The position numbers were made by a program, and so were the translations under genes. 64,000 nt of DNA from Calditrichaceae bacterium (GTDB lineage: Bacteria; Calditrichota; Calditrichia; Calditrichales; JBFXGD01), in NCBI GenBank assembly GCA_050173015.1, contig JBFXLE010000005.1:32001-96000 (forward strand), written 5' to 3'. The notes below the pieces were generated by a model that made no database searches, was not told where the DNA came from, and saw only the letters and a program-made list of their open reading frames with translations. This document shows, piece by piece, positions 39,018-48,363 of this stretch. How positions within the stretch are numbered: the stretch's first letter is position 1; every line of letters starts with the position of its first letter.

Positions 39018-39620
39018 TTATTTCTTTAATAAACCATCTATAATAATTGCGGTGACATGCTGACACGCCTGCTTAAGCGTATATTTAGTGTCCGCGCCAA
39101 GGATCCACTGCCTCGCCACTTCATCAATAGCGCCAAAAATCATAATTTTGACAATATCAGTATTAATATCATCCCGAAAAAAATCCTGCTTCTTCCCTTC
39201 ATCAATAATTCCGGCGATAATATTCAGATAATCCAAAAATTTCTGATTACGATAGTCTTTTAGAAATTTGCTGGATTGTCGCAGTTCAACTTGTATGACT
39301 TCTGAGAGATTTTCGTCCGCAACGATTAATTCAAAATATAATTCGAAGAAATATGATAGTTTCTCGATTGGATCTTTTTTAATCCGGAGATGGGTATTGA
39401 AGTGTTTTAAAATCTGCTCCATTTTGCTTTCAAAGAGCGATATAAGAAGATCATCTTTATTTTTGAAGTAGAGATAAATTGTACCATCGGCGATTCCTGC
39501 CGCCTTAGCGACATCGGTGACTTTTGAGTTGTAAAATCCTTTTTCCGCGAAAACCTTAACCGCCGCTTCAATTATCGCCTCCTTCTTCTGCCGGCGATGA
39601 TTAAGACGTAAACTTTCCAT
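39018..39620 (-). CDS. fadR: TetR-family regulator, Bacillus FadR/YsiA-like
   Basis: HTH VAKAAGIADGTIYLYFKNK and VELRQS motif. It is the first gene of the beta-oxidation operon. Confidence 0.85.
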   Translation of the reverse strand: MESLRLNHRRQKKEAIIEAAVKVFAEKGFYNSKVTDVAKAAGIADGTIYLYFKNKDDLLISLFESKMEQILKHFNTHLRIKKDPIEKLSYFFELYFELIVADENLSEVIQVELRQSSKFLKDYRNQKFLDYLNIIAGIIDEGKKQDFFRDDINTDIVKIMIFGAIDEVARQWILGADTKYTLKQACQHVTAIIIDGLLKK

Positions 39621-39638
39621 TATTCCTTTTCCAAAATA

Positions 39639-39656
39639 TGAATGAATGTTCATTCA
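39639..39656. promoter_or_regulatory. FadR(YsiA)-type operator palindrome
   Basis: TGAATGAA-TG-TTCATTCA, 18 bp upstream of the TetR start, adjoining a putative minus-strand promoter TTGATT-N16-TATATT (39683-39656). Confidence 0.8.
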
Positions 39657-39770
39657 ATATAATGAATTAATTTCGTAAATCAAACAGAAAGTATTGGTTA
39701 TAACGGGCAGGTAATTTCACATCCCGCATCCAAACCCAATTTCTTATTGTGTGACCGACACAAACATATG

Positions 39771-40604
39771 CTATCTCAGCAAATCTTCAAGCTCAACGGA
39801 TTTTGATGTTTTTTCATCTTTGTATTTGACAATGACCGGCGTATAAAGAGACAGCCCCTGCTCTCTTCCCCAACCCTTATTAATCGGTCTGCTTCCGGGA
39901 ACCACAACCGCGTTTTCCGGAATTTCAAGCGGCTTGTCTCCTTCCTTGCGGTACACCTTTTCATGAACAAGATCATACACCGGTGTGCCGCCCGTGATAA
40001 CAACGCCCGCGGCAATCACCGCTCCCCTTCGGACCAGAGCGCCTTCATAGATTCCGCAGTTGCCTCCCACCAGCACATCGTCCTCAATGATGACGGGCAG
40101 AGCGCCGATTGGCTCCAGAACGCCTCCTATTTGGGTACCCGCGCTTAAATGAACGCGCTCTCCGATCTGCGCGCATGATCCGACCAGCGCGTGTGAATCG
40201 ATCATAGTTTCCGATCCGACATAGGCGCCAACATTAACGTACATAGGAGGCATGCAAACAACACCCGGACTCACATAGCAGCCATCCCGTATAGATGACC
40301 CGCCCGGAACCAAACGCACACCGTCTGTTATTTTGATCTTTTTTAGAGGGTATGTGCTTTTGTCATAAAAGACAAATTTATCGTTTATTGATGTATCCTG
40401 TAATTTACCAATCCGGAATCCCAGCAGAATTCCTTTTTTTACCCAATCATTTACAACCCAGTTTCCATTCTTTTTTTCCGCTATGCGAATGCTCCCCTGA
40501 TTCAACGCGTCTTTAAATTCGGCAAACGCGCTGAAATAGTCATGCCCGTAATCTTGCTGAGCCGGCTGGGCATAAAGTTTTTCTATGCGATCCCTTAAAT
40601 TCAT
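39771..40604 (-). CDS. dapD: Tetrahydrodipicolinate N-succinyltransferase
   Basis: WVKKGILLGF, VNVGAYV, HALVGSCAQIG, GGVLEP and hexapeptide repeats. Confidence 0.93.
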   Translation of the reverse strand: MNLRDRIEKLYAQPAQQDYGHDYFSAFAEFKDALNQGSIRIAEKKNGNWVVNDWVKKGILLGFRIGKLQDTSINDKFVFYDKSTYPLKKIKITDGVRLVPGGSSIRDGCYVSPGVVCMPPMYVNVGAYVGSETMIDSHALVGSCAQIGERVHLSAGTQIGGVLEPIGALPVIIEDDVLVGGNCGIYEGALVRRGAVIAAGVVITGGTPVYDLVHEKVYRKEGDKPLEIPENAVVVPGSRPINKGWGREQGLSLYTPVIVKYKDEKTSKSVELEDLLR

Positions 40605-40618
40605 TCTTTCTCCGCCAT

Positions 40619-41509
40619 CTAAATTACATTTAATTTTCTTAATTCATTCTCAAGTAATTTTTTATTGGATTCATTCATCTTAACGAGCGGCAGGCGGTAT
40701 ATCTCATCCATCATTCCCATCATCGCCAGTCCGGCCTTAACCGGCGTCGGATTCGTTTCAATAAAATTAAGTGTCATCAAATTAAACAATTCTTTCTGAA
40801 TTTCTCTCGCCCCCGAATAATCACCTTTGAGGCAGAGATTGGTCATTTTTGTCATTTTTCCCGGTACCTGATTGGAAACGACAGAGATAAGTCCCACACC
40901 GCCAAGAGAAATGATGGGAATAGTGGTCGCGTCATCACCTGAAAGTATTTTAAAATTTTCCGGAATCTTTGCCGCAAGTTCAGCAATCTGCCCAATATTT
41001 CCAGAAGCTTCTTTGATACCAATGATATTATCAATGCCGCTTAATCTGACGGCGGTATCCGGCAGAATGTTCGTGGAAGTTCTTCCGGGCACATTATATA
41101 CGATAATCGGGCTGCTTACGGCCGACGCGATAGCTTTATAGTGCTGATACAACCCTTCCTGTGTGGGTTTGTTGTAATATGGGGTCACGGAAAGCAACCC
41201 GTCAACACCCAATTTGGCAACTTCCTTTGCCATTTCGATTACCTTCGCTGTATTGTTTCCCCCGGCTCCGGCAATTACCGGAACTTTGCCGGCCGCTTGC
41301 TTAACAACCGTTTCAACCACCTGTAAATGTTCTTCCAGGGTAAAAGTAGCGCTTTCACCGGTTGTACCGCAGGGGACCAGAAAATCAATACCGCCGCGAA
41401 TCTGATAATCAACCAGTTTTCGCAATGCATCAAAGTCAATCTGACCATCATACTTAAAAGGCGTGACCAGTGCGGTGCCACATCCCTTAAGATCTTTAAG
41501 TGCTTTCAT
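40619..41509 (-). CDS. dapA: 4-hydroxy-tetrahydrodipicolinate synthase
   Basis: GTTGES, PYYNKP, YNVPGRT, GIKEASG. Confidence 0.96.
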   Translation of the reverse strand: MKALKDLKGCGTALVTPFKYDGQIDFDALRKLVDYQIRGGIDFLVPCGTTGESATFTLEEHLQVVETVVKQAAGKVPVIAGAGGNNTAKVIEMAKEVAKLGVDGLLSVTPYYNKPTQEGLYQHYKAIASAVSSPIIVYNVPGRTSTNILPDTAVRLSGIDNIIGIKEASGNIGQIAELAAKIPENFKILSGDDATTIPIISLGGVGLISVVSNQVPGKMTKMTNLCLKGDYSGAREIQKELFNLMTLNFIETNPTPVKAGLAMMGMMDEIYRLPLVKMNESNKKLLENELRKLNVI

Positions 41510-41592
41510 TTCATTCTCCCTGTTTAAACCGCGCGTTATATGGTTACTCTAATTATTCTGATTTAATTACAATGATATCTGATATTTTTTAG

Positions 41593-42312
41593 TTACTCTA
41601 CCGAGCCGAGAATTGAATCAAGAACATCGGGGAACTCATAAAATCCGGTTTTATCCTTTAGCCACTTAGCCGCCAGAATCGCTCCCTCCGCAAATCCAAC
41701 GCGGCCGCGCGCTATGTGTTCGAGACGAACGGAATCTACAATCGAATCAAAATTTACCGAGTGGGTTCCCGGAATATAGCCGCTTCTGACGCTACTGACA
41801 GGAATATCAACGCCCGGATAGCTCTTACTAATCAGTTTCTTTATAACCAGCGCCGTACCCGAAGGAGCGTCTTTTTTCATTTTATGATGCGCCTCCTCGA
41901 TATATGGATCATAGTTTTGAAAAGCGGAAAAAAGACGCGCGGCATATTCGCTCACCCTAAAAAACAAATTGACGCCCAGCGAAAAATTTGATCCGTAAAT
42001 GACTCCAATACCACCGGATTTAACTAAATCTCTGACAACCTGCTCCCGGTCAAGCCATCCGGTTGTACCGATAACCAGATTTTTTTTCATATCAGCCGCC
42101 AGCTTGACATTTTCAATCACTGCCGAGGGAACCGAGAAATCAATCAATACATCTGTATTTTGAAGCATTTCCCTGGTTTTTTTATCATTTTTTAGCGGAT
42201 TGAATTCATCAAAAACGGCATCAATTTTTATATGCTGCTCTTCAGCAAGGGTTTCGATCATCTTTCCCATTTTTCCGTAACCAAGCAGCGCGATATTCAA
42301 ATTCTTTTTCAT
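41593..42312 (-). CDS. dapB: 4-hydroxy-tetrahydrodipicolinate reductase
   Basis: GYGKMG, GTTGW, NFSLGV, EAHHKMKKDAPSGTA. Confidence 0.95.
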   Translation of the reverse strand: MKKNLNIALLGYGKMGKMIETLAEEQHIKIDAVFDEFNPLKNDKKTREMLQNTDVLIDFSVPSAVIENVKLAADMKKNLVIGTTGWLDREQVVRDLVKSGGIGVIYGSNFSLGVNLFFRVSEYAARLFSAFQNYDPYIEEAHHKMKKDAPSGTALVIKKLISKSYPGVDIPVSSVRSGYIPGTHSVNFDSIVDSVRLEHIARGRVGFAEGAILAAKWLKDKTGFYEFPDVLDSILGSVE

Positions 42313-43691
42313 TTTATTGCCTCAAATATATCCCGGTTCACTTCTCTGAAAATAAAAGCATGTAATTTTCGAATAATTGTCTGAAGCCGGGAGGAATCCA
42401 CCATGAAGGTAAAACTGTGAGGCGAAACATTCGATACCGTGAGTTCGATACCCTCGCCATTTATATATTCCCGGACTTCCGTCAAAAGTTTGGTGTTATG
42501 ACTGACATTCTCACCAATCAAAGAAATCGTTGCCTTGTTTTTCTCGACACCAAGATTTGCAAAACCGCCGAAAGAATTGATCATTACATCACTCTTTTTG
42601 CTTTCATCAACAACCAGACTGATTTGTTTGCCCGATCCGAGAATAATGTATGGTACGACCTCGGACTGCCTTACAATATCAAATAATCTGTAAAGAAAGT
42701 CGAACTCACTCGATTTTTCACCCGACTGAATATTTAACATCAAGAGTTTGTCACGGCAAGTTATAGATTTAATGACGGGTTTAGCTGTATCGGTCTTGTT
42801 CCCGATGACTGTTCCATCCGCGCTTGGGGTCCTTACGCTATAGATATGAATTGGAATATTTTTTGATCTCGCCGGCTGAATCGTGTTCGGATGCAGAACT
42901 TTTGCTCCGTAAAGAGACAATTCCGCGGCTTCTTCATAGGACATTTTTTTGATCGTCGCGGGTGTGTCTATTAAGTCGGGATCCGCGGTCATAACACCCG
43001 GTACATCTTTCCAGATCTGAATATCATTGGTTTCAAGCGCCGCGCCGATCAGGACGGCAGAATAGTCTGACCCTTCAAATCCGAGTGTTGTCGTTTCACC
43101 CGATTGTGTGGAACCGATGTATCCCTGAATGACCGGCAGCATCCCTTTGTTCAAAATCGGGAGTATATAATCGCGTATTTTTATCTGACTCTCATCCTCT
43201 TTGGGGTGCGCGTGAGTAAAATGCTCATCGGTGATCAAACAGATGCGCGCGTCCAGAAGATTCGCCCGGATTTGTCTTGAAATCAACGCGGTTGTAAGAA
43301 TCGCTGAGGAAATTAATTCTCCGTATGCCAAAACTTTGTCCTGTAAAAAGGGGCTTAGCTCCTTCCGGGAGGCGATCATCTCGAGAACAATTTTTAATTC
43401 AGAAAAATAATTGTTTATTTTTTCAAGATAAATTGAATCCTCCTCTCCTGTTTTAAAAGCATTGTAAACTTTCAGATGTTCTTCACGAAGAGTACTCAGA
43501 AGACTATATGAATTTGCAGGTTCCTGCTCTTCAGCGAGTTTTGCCGCCTTTAGCAGCCGGCTTGTTGTTTTGCCCATTGCCGATACAACAATCACCGGTT
43601 GCAGGTCAATCCTCCGGCTGATAATTTCCGTTACATTCTTTACAGATTCGGCGCCATCCAGCGAGGCGCCTCCAAATTTCATTATGATCAT
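42309..43691 (-). CDS. lysC: Aspartate kinase with ACT domains
   Basis: MKFGG, VVSAMG, GELISS, GSDYSA, WKDVPGVMTADP, GAKVLHP. Confidence 0.9.
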   Translation of the reverse strand: MIIMKFGGASLDGAESVKNVTEIISRRIDLQPVIVVSAMGKTTSRLLKAAKLAEEQEPANSYSLLSTLREEHLKVYNAFKTGEEDSIYLEKINNYFSELKIVLEMIASRKELSPFLQDKVLAYGELISSAILTTALISRQIRANLLDARICLITDEHFTHAHPKEDESQIKIRDYILPILNKGMLPVIQGYIGSTQSGETTTLGFEGSDYSAVLIGAALETNDIQIWKDVPGVMTADPDLIDTPATIKKMSYEEAAELSLYGAKVLHPNTIQPARSKNIPIHIYSVRTPSADGTVIGNKTDTAKPVIKSITCRDKLLMLNIQSGEKSSEFDFLYRLFDIVRQSEVVPYIILGSGKQISLVVDESKKSDVMINSFGGFANLGVEKNKATISLIGENVSHNTKLLTEVREYINGEGIELTVSNVSPHSFTFMVDSSRLQTIIRKLHAFIFREVNRDIFEAIK

Positions 43692-43709
43692 TTTTCTAAT
43701 TTTTCATAC

Positions 43710-44777
43710 TTATTTGCTATTTATAATTTTATCCATTCGTCCCTGTTTTAACAATAATTCCGCATTGAGAATTGACGCGCCCGCGGCCCCCCGGATCGTA
43801 TTATGTCCAAGAGCGATCATCCGGTAATCCAATACCGGACACGTTTGAATCCTTCCAATAACCGTAGCCATTCCTTTTTCCACCATAATATCATATTTGG
43901 GTTGCGGTCGGTCCCGCTCTTCCATTACAACAATCGGTCTTACTGGCGCGGACGGGAGCTTTAAATCCTGAGGCATTGCCTTAAAGTTTTTATAGGTATC
44001 CGAAATCTCGGCAATACTCGTTGATTCTTTCAGCTTTACGGAGATACTTTCCAGGTGACCATCCTCCACGGATACTCTGTTACACTGTGCGCTGACCGCA
44101 ATATCCGCGTCTTCGATTCCGCCGTTTGTTATTGTCCCCAATATTTTTCGTGTTTCCTTCGCGATCTTTTCTTCTTCCCCCGAAATAAACGGAAGCACAT
44201 TGCCGAGTATATCCAGGGAGGCCACTCCCGGATAACCCGCCCCGGATACAGCCTGCATTGTCACCACAGATACTTTCTCCACGGTAAAATTTTGATGAAG
44301 AGGATAAAGGGCCATCGCCAGAAAAATGGTCGAACAATTCGGATTGGTCACAATAAATCCCGGCCAGTCGCGGTTTTTTTGTTGTGCATCGATTAATTTG
44401 ATATGACTTTCGTTCAGTTCGGGTATCATCAACGGCACATCATTATCATAGCGGTGATTTCGCGCGTTACTAAAAACCGCGTATCCGGCCGATGCGAATT
44501 CTTCCTCTATTTCACCGGCCACCGATGCGTCCAGCCCTGAAAATACAATCCGGCAATCAAGATCAGATATACATTCCTTAACTTTGAGTCTGGCTATTTT
44601 TTCAGGCAAAACCGTTTTTTGAGTCCAGTGGACTGCTTCCGAATACATTTTACCCGATGACTGCCTCGATGCGGCAAGCTCCGTTACTTCAAACCAGGGA
44701 TGATTTTCCAGCAGGGCCACAAATTTCTGACCGACTGCCCCGGTGGCTCCTAAAATACCTACTTTTATTTTATCCAT
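43710..44777 (-). CDS. asd: Aspartate-semialdehyde dehydrogenase
   Basis: GATGAVG, NPNCST, MQAVSGAG, HNTIRGAAG. Confidence 0.95.
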   Translation of the reverse strand: MDKIKVGILGATGAVGQKFVALLENHPWFEVTELAASRQSSGKMYSEAVHWTQKTVLPEKIARLKVKECISDLDCRIVFSGLDASVAGEIEEEFASAGYAVFSNARNHRYDNDVPLMIPELNESHIKLIDAQQKNRDWPGFIVTNPNCSTIFLAMALYPLHQNFTVEKVSVVTMQAVSGAGYPGVASLDILGNVLPFISGEEEKIAKETRKILGTITNGGIEDADIAVSAQCNRVSVEDGHLESISVKLKESTSIAEISDTYKNFKAMPQDLKLPSAPVRPIVVMEERDRPQPKYDIMVEKGMATVIGRIQTCPVLDYRMIALGHNTIRGAAGASILNAELLLKQGRMDKIINSK

Positions 44778-44784
44778 ATTTTTC

Positions 44785-45780
44785 TCATGTTTCAGATAAT
44801 AATTTTTTTACGATTCCGTAATATAATTCAACCGCCTCGGTCAATTCTTTTTTGCCTATTTTTTCATGATCTGTGTGCGCGTCAAGAATACTCCCCGGCC
44901 CAAACAGAACCGGTTCCCCCCAGTTGTTCAGATTTGGTATATCCGTTGTGTAAGACGCGACCATTGTCTCATATCCCGGCAATGTTTTAGTCAGCACAGG
45001 TTCACAGGCAAAAATATATTCTAATTTTGCCCGATTATTAACAATTTTTTCTAAAATCTGTTTTATTTCATCAACCGATGAGACAATCCTGAACATTAAA
45101 AGGGCCTCCGCGAAAGGAGGAATCACATTGGCCTGAATTCCTCCTGAAATTGTTCCGATATTATACGTTGTGGCGCCTAAAAGTTCATGTTTTGGGAACG
45201 CTTCTTTGCGGATATCATTAAAAATATCCAACAATTTTTCAATCGCCGATTCTCCGTGCTCCGGATAGGCGGCGTGAGCCGCTTTTCCTTTGACGATAAA
45301 TTTTACCCGAAGCGAACCTTTGGAACCTATGGCCATTTTATTTTCAGTCGGCTCCCCGTTGATCAGCCAGCGGCATTTATTTTCTATTTTGTTTGCAGAG
45401 ATGGCTCCATCGCTGATACTTTCTTCACCCGCGACAAAGAGAAGTCCAAAATTGCTGATTCCTTCAGATAAAAGTTTCTCCGATGCTTTTATTTGAGAAG
45501 CGATGATACCCTTGGTATCACATGCTCCCCGGCCGTAGAAAAAAGAGTCATCTTCAGAAAATGGAAAATATGGTGGGACGGTATCTGTATGTGTTGAAAG
45601 TATGACGCGCGGTTCGCCTTTTGACGCAAGAATACTCGAGCGTTTACCTTCAACAGGGATCAAACGGATTTCAAATCCACGGTTTTCCAGATATTCCGAC
45701 AAAAAATCGGTTATTTCCGCTTCATCACCGGTTATTGATTTCAGCTCGATTAGTTTACGGGTTAATTCATATAAATCCAT
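44785..45780 (-). CDS. M20 metallohydrolase (ArgE/DapE-like)
   Basis: HTDTVP, GRGACDTKG, GEE, NGEPT, GKAAHAA, AHT. Confidence 0.88.
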   Translation of the reverse strand: MDLYELTRKLIELKSITGDEAEITDFLSEYLENRGFEIRLIPVEGKRSSILASKGEPRVILSTHTDTVPPYFPFSEDDSFFYGRGACDTKGIIASQIKASEKLLSEGISNFGLLFVAGEESISDGAISANKIENKCRWLINGEPTENKMAIGSKGSLRVKFIVKGKAAHAAYPEHGESAIEKLLDIFNDIRKEAFPKHELLGATTYNIGTISGGIQANVIPPFAEALLMFRIVSSVDEIKQILEKIVNNRAKLEYIFACEPVLTKTLPGYETMVASYTTDIPNLNNWGEPVLFGPGSILDAHTDHEKIGKKELTEAVELYYGIVKKLLSET

Positions 45781-45877
45781 TGCGTATATTCCGTTCACAT
45801 TAGATTGTTCTTATTAAAAACCCTGAATGACCAATTTATGAAAGAGCGGGGGCGCGCATCAAGAGGTGTTTCTGATT

Positions 45878-46609
45878 TCATTTTTTCAGCGGATAGTATT
45901 TCAACTCTAAATTATTACCGTCAAATTCCGCATAACTGAAATTGACCAGCCAGTCGCCTAGATTTAAATACTTATGATCATTTTTTTCATATACCAGTGG
46001 ATTGTGCTTATGTCCCATCAATACATAATCAAATCCTCTGTCAAACTGCTTCTCGGCATATTCTTTATAATCTTCCACATCTTTCAGAACAAGCCGGTTT
46101 GTGTACACACGGCTTGAGCCAGATATAAAACGGGCAAACCGGAATCCGAAATCAGGATGCAGCCATCTGAATATTTTCTGATTGAACTTATTTCGGAACA
46201 CGCGTTTCAGGAAACGGTAACCGGTATCTTTTTTCGCGACGCCATCACCATGGAATAAATAGAAATTTTTACCGCCCAATTCAAATTCATAATCGTCAAG
46301 CCATGTCTTCATTCCGATCATTTCATCAAAAAAACGGCCGAGGAAAAAATCATGATTACCCGCCAGATAATTTATTTCAACGCCTCTGTCCGTTAAACGC
46401 TTAAATCTGTAAAGAAAATCAAAATATTTTTTGGGTATCACATATTTGTATTCGAACCAAAAATCAAAAAGATCACCCACAATATAAAGGTGCGTGGCAT
46501 CTTTTTCTATTTCATCCAGAAAACGCAGAACATGCGTCTGTTTTTGATGCTCTTCCTCGGTTTCATTCGCGCCAATGTGTAAATCAGAAATGAAATATGC
46601 TTTTATCAT
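45878..46609 (-). CDS. lpxH: UDP-2,3-diacylglucosamine diphosphatase (LpxH-like metallophosphoesterase)
   Basis: ISDLH, GDLFDFW, GNHD, HGD, GHKH, NLGDW. Start moved to MIKAYFISDLH because the longer ORF overlaps the divergent gene. Confidence 0.82.
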   Translation of the reverse strand: MIKAYFISDLHIGANETEEEHQKQTHVLRFLDEIEKDATHLYIVGDLFDFWFEYKYVIPKKYFDFLYRFKRLTDRGVEINYLAGNHDFFLGRFFDEMIGMKTWLDDYEFELGGKNFYLFHGDGVAKKDTGYRFLKRVFRNKFNQKIFRWLHPDFGFRFARFISGSSRVYTNRLVLKDVEDYKEYAEKQFDRGFDYVLMGHKHNPLVYEKNDHKYLNLGDWLVNFSYAEFDGNNLELKYYPLKK

Positions 46610-46757
46610 TTTCGCCGGGTGAATCCTTTTGCCAAAGTTTGCGTTAAAAACCGTTAAAGTAAATATAATTAATAATAAAAGCAACCGGGCATCTGATTGA
46701 CTTCCGTTCTTATCCGGAATAGATTTATTCTGTAAAAAATGTATAAGGAGGAAACCA

Positions 46758-47306
46758 TTGGCAAAAGCGCTTGTTTTACTTGCACCGGGATTCGAAGAAA
46801 TTGAAGCTGTTACAATTATCGATTTGCTGAGAAGGGGCAAAATTGACGTCACCGTGGCCGGTCTTGAGATGGATTCTGTTACCGGATCACATCAAATCAG
46901 TATCATTCCCGACGCGTTTTACCTGGATATCGATCCTGATGAATTTGATGTTTTGATTCTCCCCGGAGGGCAACCGGGTTCAAACAATCTTAAAGGAGAC
47001 AGCAATATTGTCAATTGGATCAATTCCCGTTTCAAATCCGGCAAAAAGCTCGCGGCAATCTGTTCGGCGCCGGTCGTTTTCCATGCGGCAGGTATTACAC
47101 CGGGGAGAAAACTCACCAGTTATCCGACCGATAAAGATGTCTTTACGGATAGTGTATATCTCGAAGAGAATGTGGTACGAGACGGTCAGATTATCACCAG
47201 CCGCGGTGTGGGAACCGCAATCGATTTTAGTCTTGCGATTATTTCAGATTTAAGGGGAAATGCTGAAGCCGGAGAAGTGGCGGCTCGAATTTTATACAAA
47301 GAATGA
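46758..47306 (+). CDS. DJ-1/YajL/PfpI family protein
   Basis: GFEEIEA, LPGG, AAICSAP, ITSRGVGTA and an AAGGAGG RBS. Confidence 0.92.
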   Translation: MAKALVLLAPGFEEIEAVTIIDLLRRGKIDVTVAGLEMDSVTGSHQISIIPDAFYLDIDPDEFDVLILPGGQPGSNNLKGDSNIVNWINSRFKSGKKLAAICSAPVVFHAAGITPGRKLTSYPTDKDVFTDSVYLEENVVRDGQIITSRGVGTAIDFSLAIISDLRGNAEAGEVAARILYKE

Positions 47307-47323
47307 TTTTCAGATTAAATATG

Positions 47324-48343
47324 TCATTTGCTGAAATAATTTATAAGAGCATCGGCAATTTTATCAATACCAGAACGCACCGGATCCGTCACCGGCAGAC
47401 CGAATTTTGTTTCAATTTTTTGAATCTGTGAATCCGCTTCGGCTCCGCTTAGCCCGGCGGTGTTCAGAGAGATTGCAAGAATTGGCGCGGGTTTGATCGC
47501 AGAGAGAAACTGACGATAGAGTTCGATGGTGCTTGTAATGATCGATTGGGTATCATTGATCTCAGCCCGATGACATAAAATTATCGCGTCCGGCATCGCG
47601 CCGTGTAAAATTCCGATATTGGCCGGCGCCGCGACCGGGTGATAGATACCGCCTCTGCCTTCGATAACAATATATTCAAATTTATCACTCAATCCGACCA
47701 TCTCGTTTTCAACAACAGCGGAGACCGAGTCGCTTCTTATCGCGTCGGTGATGATACCTTTCCCTTTGACAAGCCGACCGGAGAGACTTGTCGCCAGCCA
47801 TTCCGCTGAAACACCCCTCTGATGTAAGCCGTTAACCAATTCTATTGTTGTGGTAAGTTTTCCGGATAGTTCAGTCGATCCAACCATCATTATATTTCTG
47901 GATTTCAAATTTTTTGAGCGGCCTCTATATTTGAAAAACTTATCTTCTGTGGATCTCAGATCTATAATTTTAACTTTATACTTATCGGCAAGCAGTTTAA
48001 ATTCAGCCGTTTCGTTTAAAAACTGATGAAAGCCATTGATGATGGTCAGCTTCATTTGCAAGGCTTTGATGACCAAAGGATACAGCGCTACCGGCAGCGC
48101 GCCCCCCGTTTTGGATAATCCTATCATAATATGATTCGGTTTTAACTTGAGCAGTTCATCCAATGTGTTTGTAATTGGAATCGCCCCCCCGAAACCGAGA
48201 ACATCCTGTACTGTTTTTCCCGCATTCACGCGATCAACAACACCGATAATTTCTTTTTGAAGATAGCGAATTAAAACTGACTCCGACTTTGAATGCACTG
48301 GCCGCAGCGCTTCGTCTGCCAGAATAATGATCCTCTTTTTCAC
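47324..48343 (-). CDS. DUF1611 (DgcN-like) protein, divergent
   Basis: LIRY..., INGFH, IIDLR, GKLTT, IEG.G.I.HP, LHGAMPDAIILCH, ISLNT, GLPVTDPVR. Confidence 0.8.
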   Translation of the reverse strand: MKKRIIILADEALRPVHSKSESVLIRYLQKEIIGVVDRVNAGKTVQDVLGFGGAIPITNTLDELLKLKPNHIMIGLSKTGGALPVALYPLVIKALQMKLTIINGFHQFLNETAEFKLLADKYKVKIIDLRSTEDKFFKYRGRSKNLKSRNIMMVGSTELSGKLTTTIELVNGLHQRGVSAEWLATSLSGRLVKGKGIITDAIRSDSVSAVVENEMVGLSDKFEYIVIEGRGGIYHPVAAPANIGILHGAMPDAIILCHRAEINDTQSIITSTIELYRQFLSAIKPAPILAISLNTAGLSGAEADSQIQKIETKFGLPVTDPVRSGIDKIADALINYFSK

Positions 48344-48363
48344 AGCTATACCCGATTAAAATG

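Noticed and set aside
45781..45877. Lysine riboswitch ahead of the dap operon
   Set aside because: The intergenic space is under 100 bp, too short for the roughly 170-nt L-box, and no matching structure is visible.
46610..46852. N-terminal extension of LpxH
   Set aside because: It overlaps the divergent DJ-1 gene and its promoter region. The family motif starts at MIKAYFISDLH.
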